DNA of 26,045 nt from Clostridiales bacterium (GCA_031287655.1 JAITSR010000279.1:1-26045), one strand, 5' to 3'; numbered from the stretch's first letter, positions 7,555 to 16,394 are shown. Notes: generated by a model not told the origin, from the sequence alone. A program made the numbers and translations.

Positions 7555-8583
7555 CTATAAATACTTCCCGTGGTCGAAGAAGCAGGCGCAATAATGGTCG
7601 CCGGCGATATGCTCCAAAGGCGGGATTTCTTTTCTGCATATGTCCATCGCGGATTCGCAGCGCGGATGGAAGCTGCATCCGGACGGCAGCCGCGTCAGGT
7701 CGGGCGGCAGGCCCTTTATGACCCGCATCGATTTTTTGCGGGGGGAGTCCAGCCGGGGCACCGACGCCAAAAGCGCGCTCGTGTAAGGATGGGCCGGGCC
7801 GTCGAACAGCTGCTGGGTCGAACACGACTCAACCAAGCGGCCTGTGTACATGACGTTGACCCTGTCCACATAGCGGGCCACCAGACCGAGGTTGTGGGTT
7901 ATGATAATGACGGATATGCCGGATGTCCGCCTCAAATCGTCGATCAGCTCCATGAGCTGGGCCTGAATCGTGACATCCAGCGACGTTGTGGGTTCGTCCG
8001 CTATGAGCAATTCCGGCTTGCAGCTAAGGCCCATCGCAATCATAATCCGCTGCTGCATACCGCCGCTGAACTGAAACGGGTAATCGTGTACCCTGCGCTC
8101 CGCGTCCGGTATGCCCACCTGCTTTAACAGCCGGATGGATTCTTCCAGCGACTGTTTTTTGTCCAGCCCGCGGTGCAGCTCCAGCGTTTCGGAGAGCTGC
8201 CGCCGGACGGTCAGCACGGGGTTCAGCGAAGCCGACGGCTCCTGAAAAATCATCGCGATCCGGTTCCCGCGAATCTCGCGCATCTCCTGCTCGGTGAGCT
8301 TTAACAGGTCCTGACCGTTAAAAAGGATCTCCCCGCTGACAATCTCGCCCGGCGGGTTTGGAATCAACCTGAGCACGGACATCGCGCTGATGCTTTTTCC
8401 GCATCCGCTTTCCCCGACGACGCCGACGCTTTCGCCCTTGTACACATGGTAGGATAAGCCGTCCACGGCTTTAAGCGGTCCCGCCTTTGTGTGAAAATGC
8501 GTGCGCAGATTTTTGATTTCAAGTATTTTCCGGTTTTTGCCTTCTTCGCCGGCCGAAAATTCCGCCACCGAAACCGCCCCCAA
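7555..8583 (-). CDS. Oligopeptide/dipeptide-type ABC transporter ATP-binding protein (OppD/DppD-like)
   Basis: [30 protein letters not shown]-terminal cysteines; true start may be GTG at 8568. Confidence 0.92.
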   Translation of the reverse strand: MGAVSVAEFSAGEEGKNRKILEIKNLRTHFHTKAGPLKAVDGLSYHVYKGESVGVVGESGCGKSISAMSVLRLIPNPPGEIVSGEILFNGQDLLKLTEQEMREIRGNRIAMIFQEPSASLNPVLTVRRQLSETLELHRGLDKKQSLEESIRLLKQVGIPDAERRVHDYPFQFSGGMQQRIMIAMGLSCKPELLIADEPTTSLDVTIQAQLMELIDDLRRTSGISVIIITHNLGLVARYVDRVNVMYTGRLVESCSTQQLFDGPAHPYTSALLASVPRLDSPRKKSMRVIKGLPPDLTRLPSGCSFHPRCESAMDICRKEIPPLEHIAGDHYCACFFDHGKYL

Positions 8584-9490
8584 TCATTTTTTTGATTTTA
8601 TAAGAACCGGAGCCGCCTTCGAGCCTTGGATCAAGCAAATCCCGCAAAGCGTCGCCCAAAACGTTTACGCCGTATACCGCGACGCACAGGCACAGGCCGG
8701 GCCAAAACGCCATCCAAGGGGCGATCAGCATAAACGACCGGCCGCTCAAGCTGAGCATCCCGCCCCATGACGGCTCCGGAGGCGGAATCCCGAGGCCGAT
8801 AAAACTGAGCGTCGCTTCGGTGATGATCGCGGACCCCAAAGACGTCGTGAACATCACAATGACAGGCGCCATGACGTTCGGCAGGATATGTTCGGCCATC
8901 GTCCTCAACGACGTCGCGCCTATGGATCGGGACGCCTCGACGTAGAGGTTGCGCTTGATTGCGATCACCGCGCCGCGCACCACACGGACGCGCCCGCCGA
9001 CGCCGCCCTCGACGCCTAAAACCAATATGATCGGGAGCAGGCCCGGACCGGTGATCGCGACGACGGTCAGCACGACAATCAGGGAGGGCAGGCACATCAT
9101 GCCGTCGACGAAGCGCTGTATGACAAAGTCGACCGCGCCGCCAAAATACCCCGAAATGATCCCCAGCACGGCGGCCAGCGCCGTCCCAATCAACGCGACG
9201 GAGAAGCCGACGATCATGGATATGCGCGCCCCGTAAATAATCCGGCTCAGCAGGTCGCGCCCGAGATTATCCGTCCCCAGAATGTGCGCCGGGCTGGAAG
9301 GGCTCAATCTCGCGCTCAAATCCATGTCGTTATAGCCATATGGCGCCAACACGTTGGCAAAAACGCCGACGAGCAGCAAAACCAGCAAAACAACGGCCCC
9401 CGCCGCGCCCAAAGGCTTTTCTTTCACAAGCCTGACCAGCATATTCACGGCATAATTTCTTTTTTTCGCTTCTTTTTCCACAGCGTCCAC
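8519..9490 (-). CDS. ABC transporter permease (OppC/DppC-like)
   Basis: HILGTDNLGRDLLSRIIYGARISM, EAA-like YVEASRSIGA, HILPN, LSFIGLG..PP.PSWG.ML. Confidence 0.92.
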   Translation of the reverse strand: MDAVEKEAKKRNYAVNMLVRLVKEKPLGAAGAVVLLVLLLVGVFANVLAPYGYNDMDLSARLSPSSPAHILGTDNLGRDLLSRIIYGARISMIVGFSVALIGTALAAVLGIISGYFGGAVDFVIQRFVDGMMCLPSLIVVLTVVAITGPGLLPIILVLGVEGGVGGRVRVVRGAVIAIKRNLYVEASRSIGATSLRTMAEHILPNVMAPVIVMFTTSLGSAIITEATLSFIGLGIPPPEPSWGGMLSLSGRSFMLIAPWMAFWPGLCLCVAVYGVNVLGDALRDLLDPRLEGGSGSYKIKKMIGGGFGGGIFGRRRRQKPENT

Positions 9491-9545
9491 CGCCGCGCAC
9501 GCCCCCCTTTTTGCCCCGAGTTTATTTGAATGAAACGCCCGGGTT

Positions 9546-10511
9546 TTAGTCGTATTTGATTCTCGGGTCCAGATAGACGTACAAAATATCGATGATGATG
9601 TTGACCACCAAAATGAAACCCGCCATGACCAATGTGACCGCCGAAATAATCGGATAATCGCGCTTGTTCAGCGCCGTCAGCAGATAGCGCCCGATTCCGG
9701 GCAGCCCGAAGATTTGCTCCATAATCGCGGAGCCGCCGATAATGATCGGCAGCTGGTTGCCGACGGTCGTCAGCACCGGGATAAACGCGTTTTTCAGAAC
9801 ATGCCTCCGGACGACAGTCGTTTCTTTTAGGCCCTTCGACCACGCCGTCCGGACATAGTCCAGCCGCATCACTTCCAAAATCATCGTTCTCATCATGCGC
9901 ATCGTGACGCCCGACAGCCCCATTCCGATAATGGCCGCCGGAAGCAGAAACTGGGCGAGGTTTCCCCCTATGTCTTTGCTGAACGGGATATATTCCAGCT
10001 GCGGCGTCCAGTTCCACCATATGGACGGGTAGACGACGGCCATCGTGCCGAGCCACAGAGCGGGTATCGAGATCGCCGCGATGCCGATCGACCGCCCGAC
10101 ATAGTCGCTCCACGTATCCGGGCGAACGGCCGAATAGACCGCCACGGGAATCGCGAAAAGCAAGGACAAAACAATCGCAAGCCCCCCGAGCTCTATCGAG
10201 ACGGGCAGCTGCCGCCGCAGCTCGTCAAAGATGTCGTCGCCTGTCCATAACGACTGCCCGAAATCCAGACGCAATAGGTTCCGTATCCACCTTATGTACT
10301 GGATATGGACCGGGACGTCCAAGCCCAGCTGGGACTTAATCACATCGGCCGTCACAGCGGTGTCTATTTTAGAGGCTTCGCCGCCCATTTCCGCGACCAT
10401 CAGGTCGACGACGTCGCCCGGCACAAACCGCACGAGCAGAAAAATGACCACCGTTATGAAAAATGTCGCCGGAATAAGAAAAAGAAGCCTGCGCGCCAAA
10501 TAACCGCCCAT
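9546..10511 (-). CDS. ABC transporter permease (OppB/DppB-like)
   Basis: PGD, GLD.P...QY, DFGQSL, DYVRTA.SKGL, RHVLKNA, EQIFGLPGIG, RDYP. Confidence 0.92.
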   Translation of the reverse strand: MGGYLARRLLFLIPATFFITVVIFLLVRFVPGDVVDLMVAEMGGEASKIDTAVTADVIKSQLGLDVPVHIQYIRWIRNLLRLDFGQSLWTGDDIFDELRRQLPVSIELGGLAIVLSLLFAIPVAVYSAVRPDTWSDYVGRSIGIAAISIPALWLGTMAVVYPSIWWNWTPQLEYIPFSKDIGGNLAQFLLPAAIIGMGLSGVTMRMMRTMILEVMRLDYVRTAWSKGLKETTVVRRHVLKNAFIPVLTTVGNQLPIIIGGSAIMEQIFGLPGIGRYLLTALNKRDYPIISAVTLVMAGFILVVNIIIDILYVYLDPRIKYD

Positions 10512-10562
10512 CGTTTAATCACTGCCTCCCAGTCATTTGCGGATAAACATATATTTTAAGCA

Positions 10563-11207
10563 TTACTCTGGACTTTTTGCGGTGATTTTTTGCAGTTTCC
10601 CTTTTTCGGCGGGAATTTTTACTTCGCCGATCCAAGGCTCGACGTTTATCCACGCGGAGCTTTTGTCGCTGTTCGCGAAATCGTCCCGCTCCCGCTGCGT
10701 CGTATATTTTATGACATGCTCGCAAATCCAGCCGCCGCCGGGCGACTCCCCGGCTTGGGCGTGGTAATGCACCGTCGCGGGGTTGTAAGCCAAACTCTTG
10801 ACGGGGTCCACGAAGCAGTACAACCGCCCGAGCTCGCTTTCGCCATACTCCCTCCACACCTCCGACATGACGCAGCCGGGCCCTTTGAACCGGCGTATTT
10901 CGTTTTCGCCGGGTTCCAAAATTTCCCCCGCCGCGGAGTCCGTCATGCCGTAAGCCGGCAGGTCGCCGGGGAAGGGGTCTTTGGCCGGGTCCCCTCCGGC
11001 GGCTGTAACCGCAGCTTTTCCCCGTTCGGCCACCCTTGTGCCGTAATCTTTAATCGCCTTTAGGATAAGCTCCTTGCCCTTTTCCTCGCCAAACTCGTCC
11101 ACAAGGGTTCTCGCGAAAGCCAGATGCAGAAGTCCCAATCGGATGCAGACCTTCCGGACTTGTTCCTTCGCGTCCTCCAAAGAGACCGTTTCTGTTTTTT
11201 CAGCCAT
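10563..11207 (-). CDS. L-2-amino-thiazoline-4-carboxylic acid hydrolase-like (V4R-fold) protein
   Basis: LxxxFARTLVDEFGEEKG..LI.KAI.DYG...G N-terminus and C....W...G..LG.LYC.VD......YNP core; start moved to ATG 11207 (GGAGGGG SD). Family name is an annotation label, not a demonstrated activity. Confidence 0.7.
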   Translation of the reverse strand: MAEKTETVSLEDAKEQVRKVCIRLGLLHLAFARTLVDEFGEEKGKELILKAIKDYGTRVAERGKAAVTAAGGDPAKDPFPGDLPAYGMTDSAAGEILEPGENEIRRFKGPGCVMSEVWREYGESELGRLYCFVDPVKSLAYNPATVHYHAQAGESPGGGWICEHVIKYTTQRERDDFANSDKSSAWINVEPWIGEVKIPAEKGKLQKITAKSPE

Positions 11208-11239
11208 TTTAAACCCCTCCCAATATATCGGTGTCGTGT

Positions 11240-11275
11240 GAGCGTATTCGTTTGATGGACTTTCCGAATACACTC
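11240..11275. repeat. 36-bp inverted repeat, copy 2
   Basis: GAGCGTATTCG-N14-CGAATACACTC, overlapping the stop codon of the binding-protein gene by 2 nt. Confidence 0.9.
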
Positions 11276-13148
11276 AATACCCCATCGAAGCCTTCAGCGC
11301 CTGATCGATCCAAATATATTTTGTGAAGTTGTAGAAATGGCCGCTGCCAAGGGCGTATTCCCCGCTGTAGTTTTTGACCCAAGGCCACCACATCGTATAG
11401 GTATACGGCGCGGGCATGACCAAATACCATGCCTGCTCAAGGACGTAAGGCGTGGAGTCGCCTATCAGCGGCCATGATTTTGTGTCGTCTATCATGAAAT
11501 ACTTGTTGAACTCGTCAATCATGTCGTTGACGACCGGGTCGTCAATCATAGCGGTGTTGACATGATCTGTCGGCCTGTGGTGATGGAAGGCGGCCGGGGT
11601 CCCGCCGAAGCCGTCCACAAAAATAGCCTGCTCGTGGGTCCTGCCGTTGCTGATCGAAAGATACACGGCCGTTTCTTTGACCTGCAAGTCCAGATTCACG
11701 CCGATTGACGCCAACTGATTTTGCAGGATACTCGCCAGATCGATTTGACTCCCCTGCAAAATGACCTGAATCGTAAAGCCGTTGGGGTATCCCGCTTCCG
11801 CAAGCATTTGTTTGGCCTTCTCGGGATTGTATACGAAAAGCTCTTGGACCTCCGCGGGCAAGCTCTCAAATTCGCGGTAAGCCCCCAAAGTCTTGAGCAA
11901 TTGGGACGCGTTGGCCGGATAGCCGATCATTTCGGCTTCCCCGCCATAGTAGTCCTTTATAAGGGCCTGCCGGTCGATCCCCATTTGAATTGCCTGCCGG
12001 ACCTTTACGTCATACCACGGCAAATCGGGGTTGTCCGATCTGAGGGCGATGCCGCTGGGCTGGCCTGCGATGCGGGCGTACTTTAACTCCGGGTTGCTTG
12101 TGCTGAGCTCTTTGAAATTGTCCAATGAAATGTTGCGCATGTAGTCGACCTTACCGACGCGGAAAGCCGACAATTGCGTGGACAGGTCGGGCAAAACCAA
12201 GTATTTGACTTCGTCGAGGTAGGGCAGCTGATTCCCGAGGCCGGGGCCCATCGGGTCGGTTTCCCAGTAATTGTCGTTGCGCTTGAACGTCATCGCGCTG
12301 TTGTCGACAAAATCCGTCAGAAAATAGGGTCCGGTGCCGACGTCGTTTAAAACGTCGCTCAGGTCGCCGTATTTTTGAACCACTTCCGGCGCGAAAATGC
12401 CCGTCATTCCGGAAATCCAATAAAACACCGCGCCGACGTATCCGGGCTGGGTCGTGATTTTTACGGTCCAATCGTCCACGAGCTCGATATTGGTCGGAAA
12501 TTCCTCGGGCGTCAGCCGCGCGTAAGTGTGCGCGTTCGGCACGGGCGCGGTCGGCTCCACGTTGAATTGACGCCGAATGGAATAGGCGACATCCGCCCCG
12601 GTAAGCTCCCTGCCGTTTACCAAGCGGCTGGCCTCGCTGTCCGGGTTCAGGCCGAAATGGACGCCTTTGCGGATATGATAGATGATTGTGTCGTCGCCGA
12701 TGATCTCCCAGCTTTCGGCAAGCGCGCCCTTGCTTACCGTGATCGGGGGCGTGCTGTTGTCGAAATCGGCGAGATGCTCCCCGGTGGGGCCTTTCGTCCA
12801 GTCCCCTTCTATCAGCGTGTTCGCGGTTTGCTTGAGATGGCTCGTGCCCCCATAATTAAAAAGCGCGGAGTCAAAGCCCGTCTGCTGGGACGTCATCGAT
12901 ATTGTAAAAACGCCGCCGTACTCGGGCTCGGCCGGCGCGCTTTCCGCCGCCGCCGCCGGGCTCGTTTCCGTCTCCGCGCCTACCCCGGCGTCCGAGCTTG
13001 TTTCCGTCGCCGTCGACGAGGACTCGGGCGCCCGCGTGGCGCCGGCGGACCCGGAAGGAACCGAACAGGCGGCAAGGCTCAACAGCAAAACGGCTGTGAC
13101 AGCGATGAACAGCGCTTTTCCGATGGGTCGTCCTTTGAAGTTTAACAT
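11274..13148 (-). CDS. Family-5 ABC transporter substrate-binding lipoprotein
   Basis: Signal peptide with lipobox LAAC, Ser/Thr/Ala/Glu linker, LAESWE, IRKGVHF, GTGPY, KRNDNYW, VRQAI..GIDR. Confidence 0.92.
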   Translation of the reverse strand: MLNFKGRPIGKALFIAVTAVLLLSLAACSVPSGSAGATRAPESSSTATETSSDAGVGAETETSPAAAAESAPAEPEYGGVFTISMTSQQTGFDSALFNYGGTSHLKQTANTLIEGDWTKGPTGEHLADFDNSTPPITVSKGALAESWEIIGDDTIIYHIRKGVHFGLNPDSEASRLVNGRELTGADVAYSIRRQFNVEPTAPVPNAHTYARLTPEEFPTNIELVDDWTVKITTQPGYVGAVFYWISGMTGIFAPEVVQKYGDLSDVLNDVGTGPYFLTDFVDNSAMTFKRNDNYWETDPMGPGLGNQLPYLDEVKYLVLPDLSTQLSAFRVGKVDYMRNISLDNFKELSTSNPELKYARIAGQPSGIALRSDNPDLPWYDVKVRQAIQMGIDRQALIKDYYGGEAEMIGYPANASQLLKTLGAYREFESLPAEVQELFVYNPEKAKQMLAEAGYPNGFTIQVILQGSQIDLASILQNQLASIGVNLDLQVKETAVYLSISNGRTHEQAIFVDGFGGTPAAFHHHRPTDHVNTAMIDDPVVNDMIDEFNKYFMIDDTKSWPLIGDSTPYVLEQAWYLVMPAPYTYTMWWPWVKNYSGEYALGSGHFYNFTKYIWIDQALKASMGY

Positions 13149-13173
13149 ACGTTAATACCCCTTTCGCTTTATG

Positions 13174-13425
13174 GAGTTTATTCGGAAACTCGGACGCCTT
13201 GTGGCGACTACGTTTCGCGGCTATGCCGCAAAACTTGCCTGCGCCTTCTCGCTCCAGCGCGCTCCACCCTGTAACGCCAATCCATGGCGTTACAGCCCCC
13301 ACTCGTCGCCCTCGTATCCTCTAAACAGCTCCGCTTATATTGTCGCGTGAAAATGCGATTTCCACGCGACTCCGTGCGCTACGCGCACGCGCGCTACCTC
13401 TTCCGGTAGCGCGTGAGTGTATTCG
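13174..13425. repeat. REP-like cluster of short GC hairpins flanked by near-identical 11-bp direct repeats
   Basis: Hairpins at 13195-13206, 13212-13234, 13269-13295, 13342-13370, 13374-13388, 13390-13413; flanks GAGTTTATTCG (13174-13184) and GAGTGTATTCG (13415-13425). Confidence 0.7.
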
Positions 13426-13450
13426 TTTAATTTCCTTTCCGAATACACTC
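13415..13450. repeat. 36-bp inverted repeat, copy 3 (perfect arms)
   Basis: GAGTGTATTCG-N14-CGAATACACTC. Confidence 0.9.
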
Positions 13451-13489
13451 TTTATGCTCATCTCAAGCTATTTTACGCGGGAGACTGCC

Positions 13490-13524
13490 TGCATTGCCTG
13501 CATCGCCGGGATGCAGGCAATGCA
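13490..13524. repeat. Perfect 15-bp-stem hairpin downstream of URO-D-family gene
   Basis: TGCATTGCCTGCATC-GCCGG-GATGCAGGCAATGCA; no U-tract on either strand, so terminator function not supported. Confidence 0.75.
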
Positions 13525-13564
13525 CAAGCAATGCAGGCAATGCCCCGCGGCCGAACGTGCGGAT

Positions 13565-14569
13565 TTACAGGGCGGCCGCCGCCGCCTCGCGCACCCATTC
13601 CAGATGGCTCAAATCGGTGTCGCTTGGCACCGTGCAGTCCGCGCCCACAACAACGCCGACCTTGCCGGCGTCCGCCAGCAGCTTTTGGGTGAAGTCCTGT
13701 ATGGCTTCCTTGGCGCCGGTCTGGATGAGAGAGCCGCCCGGATTCGCAAAGCCGCCGATGACCGCCTTGCCGCCGAAAAGCTTTTTGCCCGCGCTCAGGC
13801 TGACGTTCTCGACGTTGACAGCCCAGTTGATCGCGTCGGCGTCGTAATCCACATACAGGCTCAGGTCGTTTTTCTTGCCGTTATACCCGCATATATGCAG
13901 AATCTGCGAGCCGCCCAGTTCCTTGGCCTTTTGCAGGAAGTAGTTTTCAGCGGGCGCAACGATCTTCCTGTATAGCTCGCTCGTGACGACGTCCGGCGCG
14001 GGGTTGCTCACGCTGAAATAGATACCGTCGATACCCGCCTCGATCAGAGCCTTCGCGAGGACAAGCAGGCCGTCCGCGATCGTATGCAGCGCGTCGGCGA
14101 CCGCGTCCGGGTCCTGTTTTAAGATTTTGGCGAAGCTCTCCTTTCCAATGATATACAGCAGATTGGAAATGGGCGAGAAGGAGTTGTAAAAATAACTCGT
14201 GTCCTCCTGAAGGGCGAGTACATCCTTCGCGAGCGCCACCTGTTCGGCGACCCAAGGCTCATTGGCGCCGATGACGGTGATCTTTTTGAGGTCCGCCGGC
14301 GAGTCATAGCGCTCACCTGCCCCGACGGGATAGGAGAAATAGCCGTCGCTCATGACTTTTACAAAATCCGGCTTGAATTTGGTGATGTAATTCTTGTGGC
14401 CCTCATAATTTTTCCGCCTTAACTCCGGCTCTTTTAAGGCGCCGTTCATGTCGTTCCCGCCAGTCAAAAAATGGAACCAGAAACCCACGGGTACCCGGTC
14501 GACAGGCTCGTTGCGGAACGCCTTTTGAATCCTCTCTTTGTTTCCCAGAATTTTTCCCAAAACAGTCAT
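13565..14569 (-). CDS. Uroporphyrinogen decarboxylase-family (URO-D/MtaA-like TIM barrel) protein
   Basis: VDRVPVGFW.HF, PDFVKVMSDG, AG.DGIYF, ILHICG, NW, GG, GADCTVP motifs; start ATG 14569 or TTG 14560 after AAGGAG. Confidence 0.85.
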   Translation of the reverse strand: MTVLGKILGNKERIQKAFRNEPVDRVPVGFWFHFLTGGNDMNGALKEPELRRKNYEGHKNYITKFKPDFVKVMSDGYFSYPVGAGERYDSPADLKKITVIGANEPWVAEQVALAKDVLALQEDTSYFYNSFSPISNLLYIIGKESFAKILKQDPDAVADALHTIADGLLVLAKALIEAGIDGIYFSVSNPAPDVVTSELYRKIVAPAENYFLQKAKELGGSQILHICGYNGKKNDLSLYVDYDADAINWAVNVENVSLSAGKKLFGGKAVIGGFANPGGSLIQTGAKEAIQDFTQKLLADAGKVGVVVGADCTVPSDTDLSHLEWVREAAAAAL

Positions 14570-14690
14570 CTCCTTTGATATTTTTTTTGCCTTATCGGCC
14601 GGACCATAATAGCTTATCCGGCTTGATAAGCGCAAGGACGAACGCTTTATTCGTAAATGATACTAAATATATATGATTTATATGTTTGAT

Positions 14691-14719
14691 ATATTATCAC
14701 TGCATTCAGGCTTTGTCAA
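14691..14719 (-). promoter_or_regulatory. Sigma-A promoter of URO-D-family gene
   Basis: Minus strand TTGACA (14714-14719) - 17 nt - TAATAT (14691-14696) with TG extended -10. Confidence 0.7.
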
Positions 14720-14868
14720 CAGTCTATGCGAAGTTTTTTTGCGGCGTATTTTTGTGAAGAATTAAAGATTGAAGGGCGGTTCCGCGCGGACTGTGATCCG
14801 GCGAACCGCCCGCGCGATATTGTAACAATGATTTAATCAAACTGTAAATTCCAAAGGCGTTTAAAGTG

Positions 14869-14897
14869 TTTACACCTTGAAAAGTTTGCAATATAGT
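14869..14897 (+). promoter_or_regulatory. Possible sigma-A promoter of SRAP gene
   Basis: TTTACA (14869-14874) - 17 nt - TATAGT (14892-14897). Confidence 0.5.
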
Positions 14898-14987
14898 GAA
14901 GAAGAAGCAAATACTAAGGAGCTTTAGCATGAAACGATCCATTTCATCGTTGCTTTTGATGGAGCGGAGTGACTACATGGAGCGGCA

Positions 14988-15902
14988 ATGTGCGGACGAT
15001 ATTTATTTGATCCGGATTGGGACGAGCCGGACGACGATATGGAGGAAGACGGAGGTGCGGGCGGCGCCGGTGTGATCATTCGCGAAATCGTGAGAAAGTA
15101 TGCGAACGATCCGGCGTTTGCGGGGGCTGTACGAAAGCCCGCCGGAGACCCGGCGGTCGCGCTCGCGGGCGAGATTTTTCCGGGGACCGCAGTGTCCGCG
15201 CTGGTCGGCGATTTCTCCTGTCGGAACGCGGAGTTGATCTACTGGGGCTTCCCTTTTCCGGGTAAACCGTTTGCGCGGCAGATTATCAACGCGCGCAGCG
15301 AGACGTTATTAGAAAAACAAATGTTCGCGCGGCTCACGCGCAACAGCCGCTGCCTTGTTCCGGCAAACGCGTTTTATGAATGGAGCGCGGCGGAAGCAGA
15401 CAGGGGCGGAGACGTCAGCGGTCTGACCGGCAAAGTCGGAACCGTCAGAGGTCTGACCGGCAAGCGCGGGGTCGGCGGCGCGAAACGCAAAACAAAGTAG
15501 CAAATTCGCCCGCTCGCCGCCGCCGCGGGAGTCGGCGGCAATGTCGTCGTCGGCGGCAGCGTCGATACAAGCGCTGTCAGCGGCGCCGTCGCCGCGGGAT
15601 CGCGCAAAAGCGCCCGCGCGGTGTTCTACATGGCGGGGCTTTATGACAGTTTTGCTCCCGTAAACGCGGCGATGCTTGCGTGCGCGCGGCTCCAGAAGTC
15701 GGGAGCGGACGTTCGGACAAAGTGCCTCACGATTCTGACGACCGCTGCGACCCGGCAGATGAGCGCGGTTCACGACCGGATGCCGGTGATGCTTACGCCC
15801 GAGGCCGCGAGGCTCTGGCTCTCCGGCGTTTCGGTCGACGAGCTGTACCGGTCGGGTTTTTTCGCGGCCCCGCAGGACGGGCTGGAAATCGTCGCCGTGT
15901 AA
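14988..15902 (+). pseudogene. SOS response-associated peptidase (SRAP/YedK/HMCES family) interrupted by one in-frame TAG at 15498-15500
   Basis: MCGRY N-terminus, WG..., INARSET, RCLVPANAFYEW in ORF 14988-15500; FYMAGLY, ILTT, HDRMP in ORF 15621-15902; both ORFs are in the same frame and 15501-15620 is open. Typed as pseudogene provisionally; readthrough or sequencing error not excluded. Confidence 0.8.
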
Positions 15903-15963
15903 TGAGAGGCCGTGTAATGAGAGGACCGTGTGCCGTGTAATGAGAGAGCCGTAGAATGAGAGG
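15895..15963 (+). repeat. Four degenerate tandem copies of CCGTGTAATGAGAGG
   Basis: Copies at 15895-15909, 15910-15924, 15933-15947, 15949-15963; first copy contains the SRAP stop codon. Confidence 0.85.
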
Positions 15964-16103
15964 CCAATGAAAAAGGGAACAGGGCGATACTGCGGAGCGG
16001 CGGCGACGCCGCCCGTATGAACGCGGCGCGGACGCGCGGCGATAAAGTACAGTCACAATTGATATGCAGTTCATAAAAATGTTGGAAGGCGGAGCGTGCG
16101 ACT

Positions 16104-16394
16104 ATGGAAATCACGGATGTTCGGATCAGGAGAATTGATGTCGAGGGCAAGATGAAGGCGGTTGCGTCGGTCACGTTCGACAATGAGTTTGTGGTACACG
16201 ATATTAAGATCATCGAAAGCCACAACGGATTATTTATCGCAATGCCGAGCCGAAAGACGCCGGACGGGGAATTTAAGGACATAGCTCATCCGATCAACGC
16301 CGACGTCCGGGAGCGCATACAGACGGCGATCCTCGACAAATACGAGAGCAGTTTACAGGAGCGCCGTCCGCTGATGGAAATCGGGGCCTTATAA
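16104..16394 (+). CDS. spoVG: Septation regulator SpoVG
   Basis: MEITDVRIR...[20 protein letters not shown]...[24 protein letters not shown]. Confidence 0.97.
   Translation: MEITDVRIRRIDVEGKMKAVASVTFDNEFVVHDIKIIESHNGLFIAMPSRKTPDGEFKDIAHPINADVRERIQTAILDKYESSLQERRPLMEIGAL

Noticed and set aside
13490-13524. Intrinsic terminator after URO-D-family gene
   Set aside because: Strong stem but no U-tract on either strand; kept only as a repeat.
14591-14635. SAM-I riboswitch (CTTATCAAG...GATAAG resembles P1)
   Set aside because: Interior is far too short and lacks the kink-turn, pseudoknot and P3 GCAAC/GUGC elements.
15498-15500. Genome-wide TAG reassignment
   Set aside because: TAG terminates glmU, the OppD-like gene and the endonuclease at expected lengths.
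15895-15963. Mini CRISPR array
   Set aside because: 15-bp units are nearly contiguous with no spacers.
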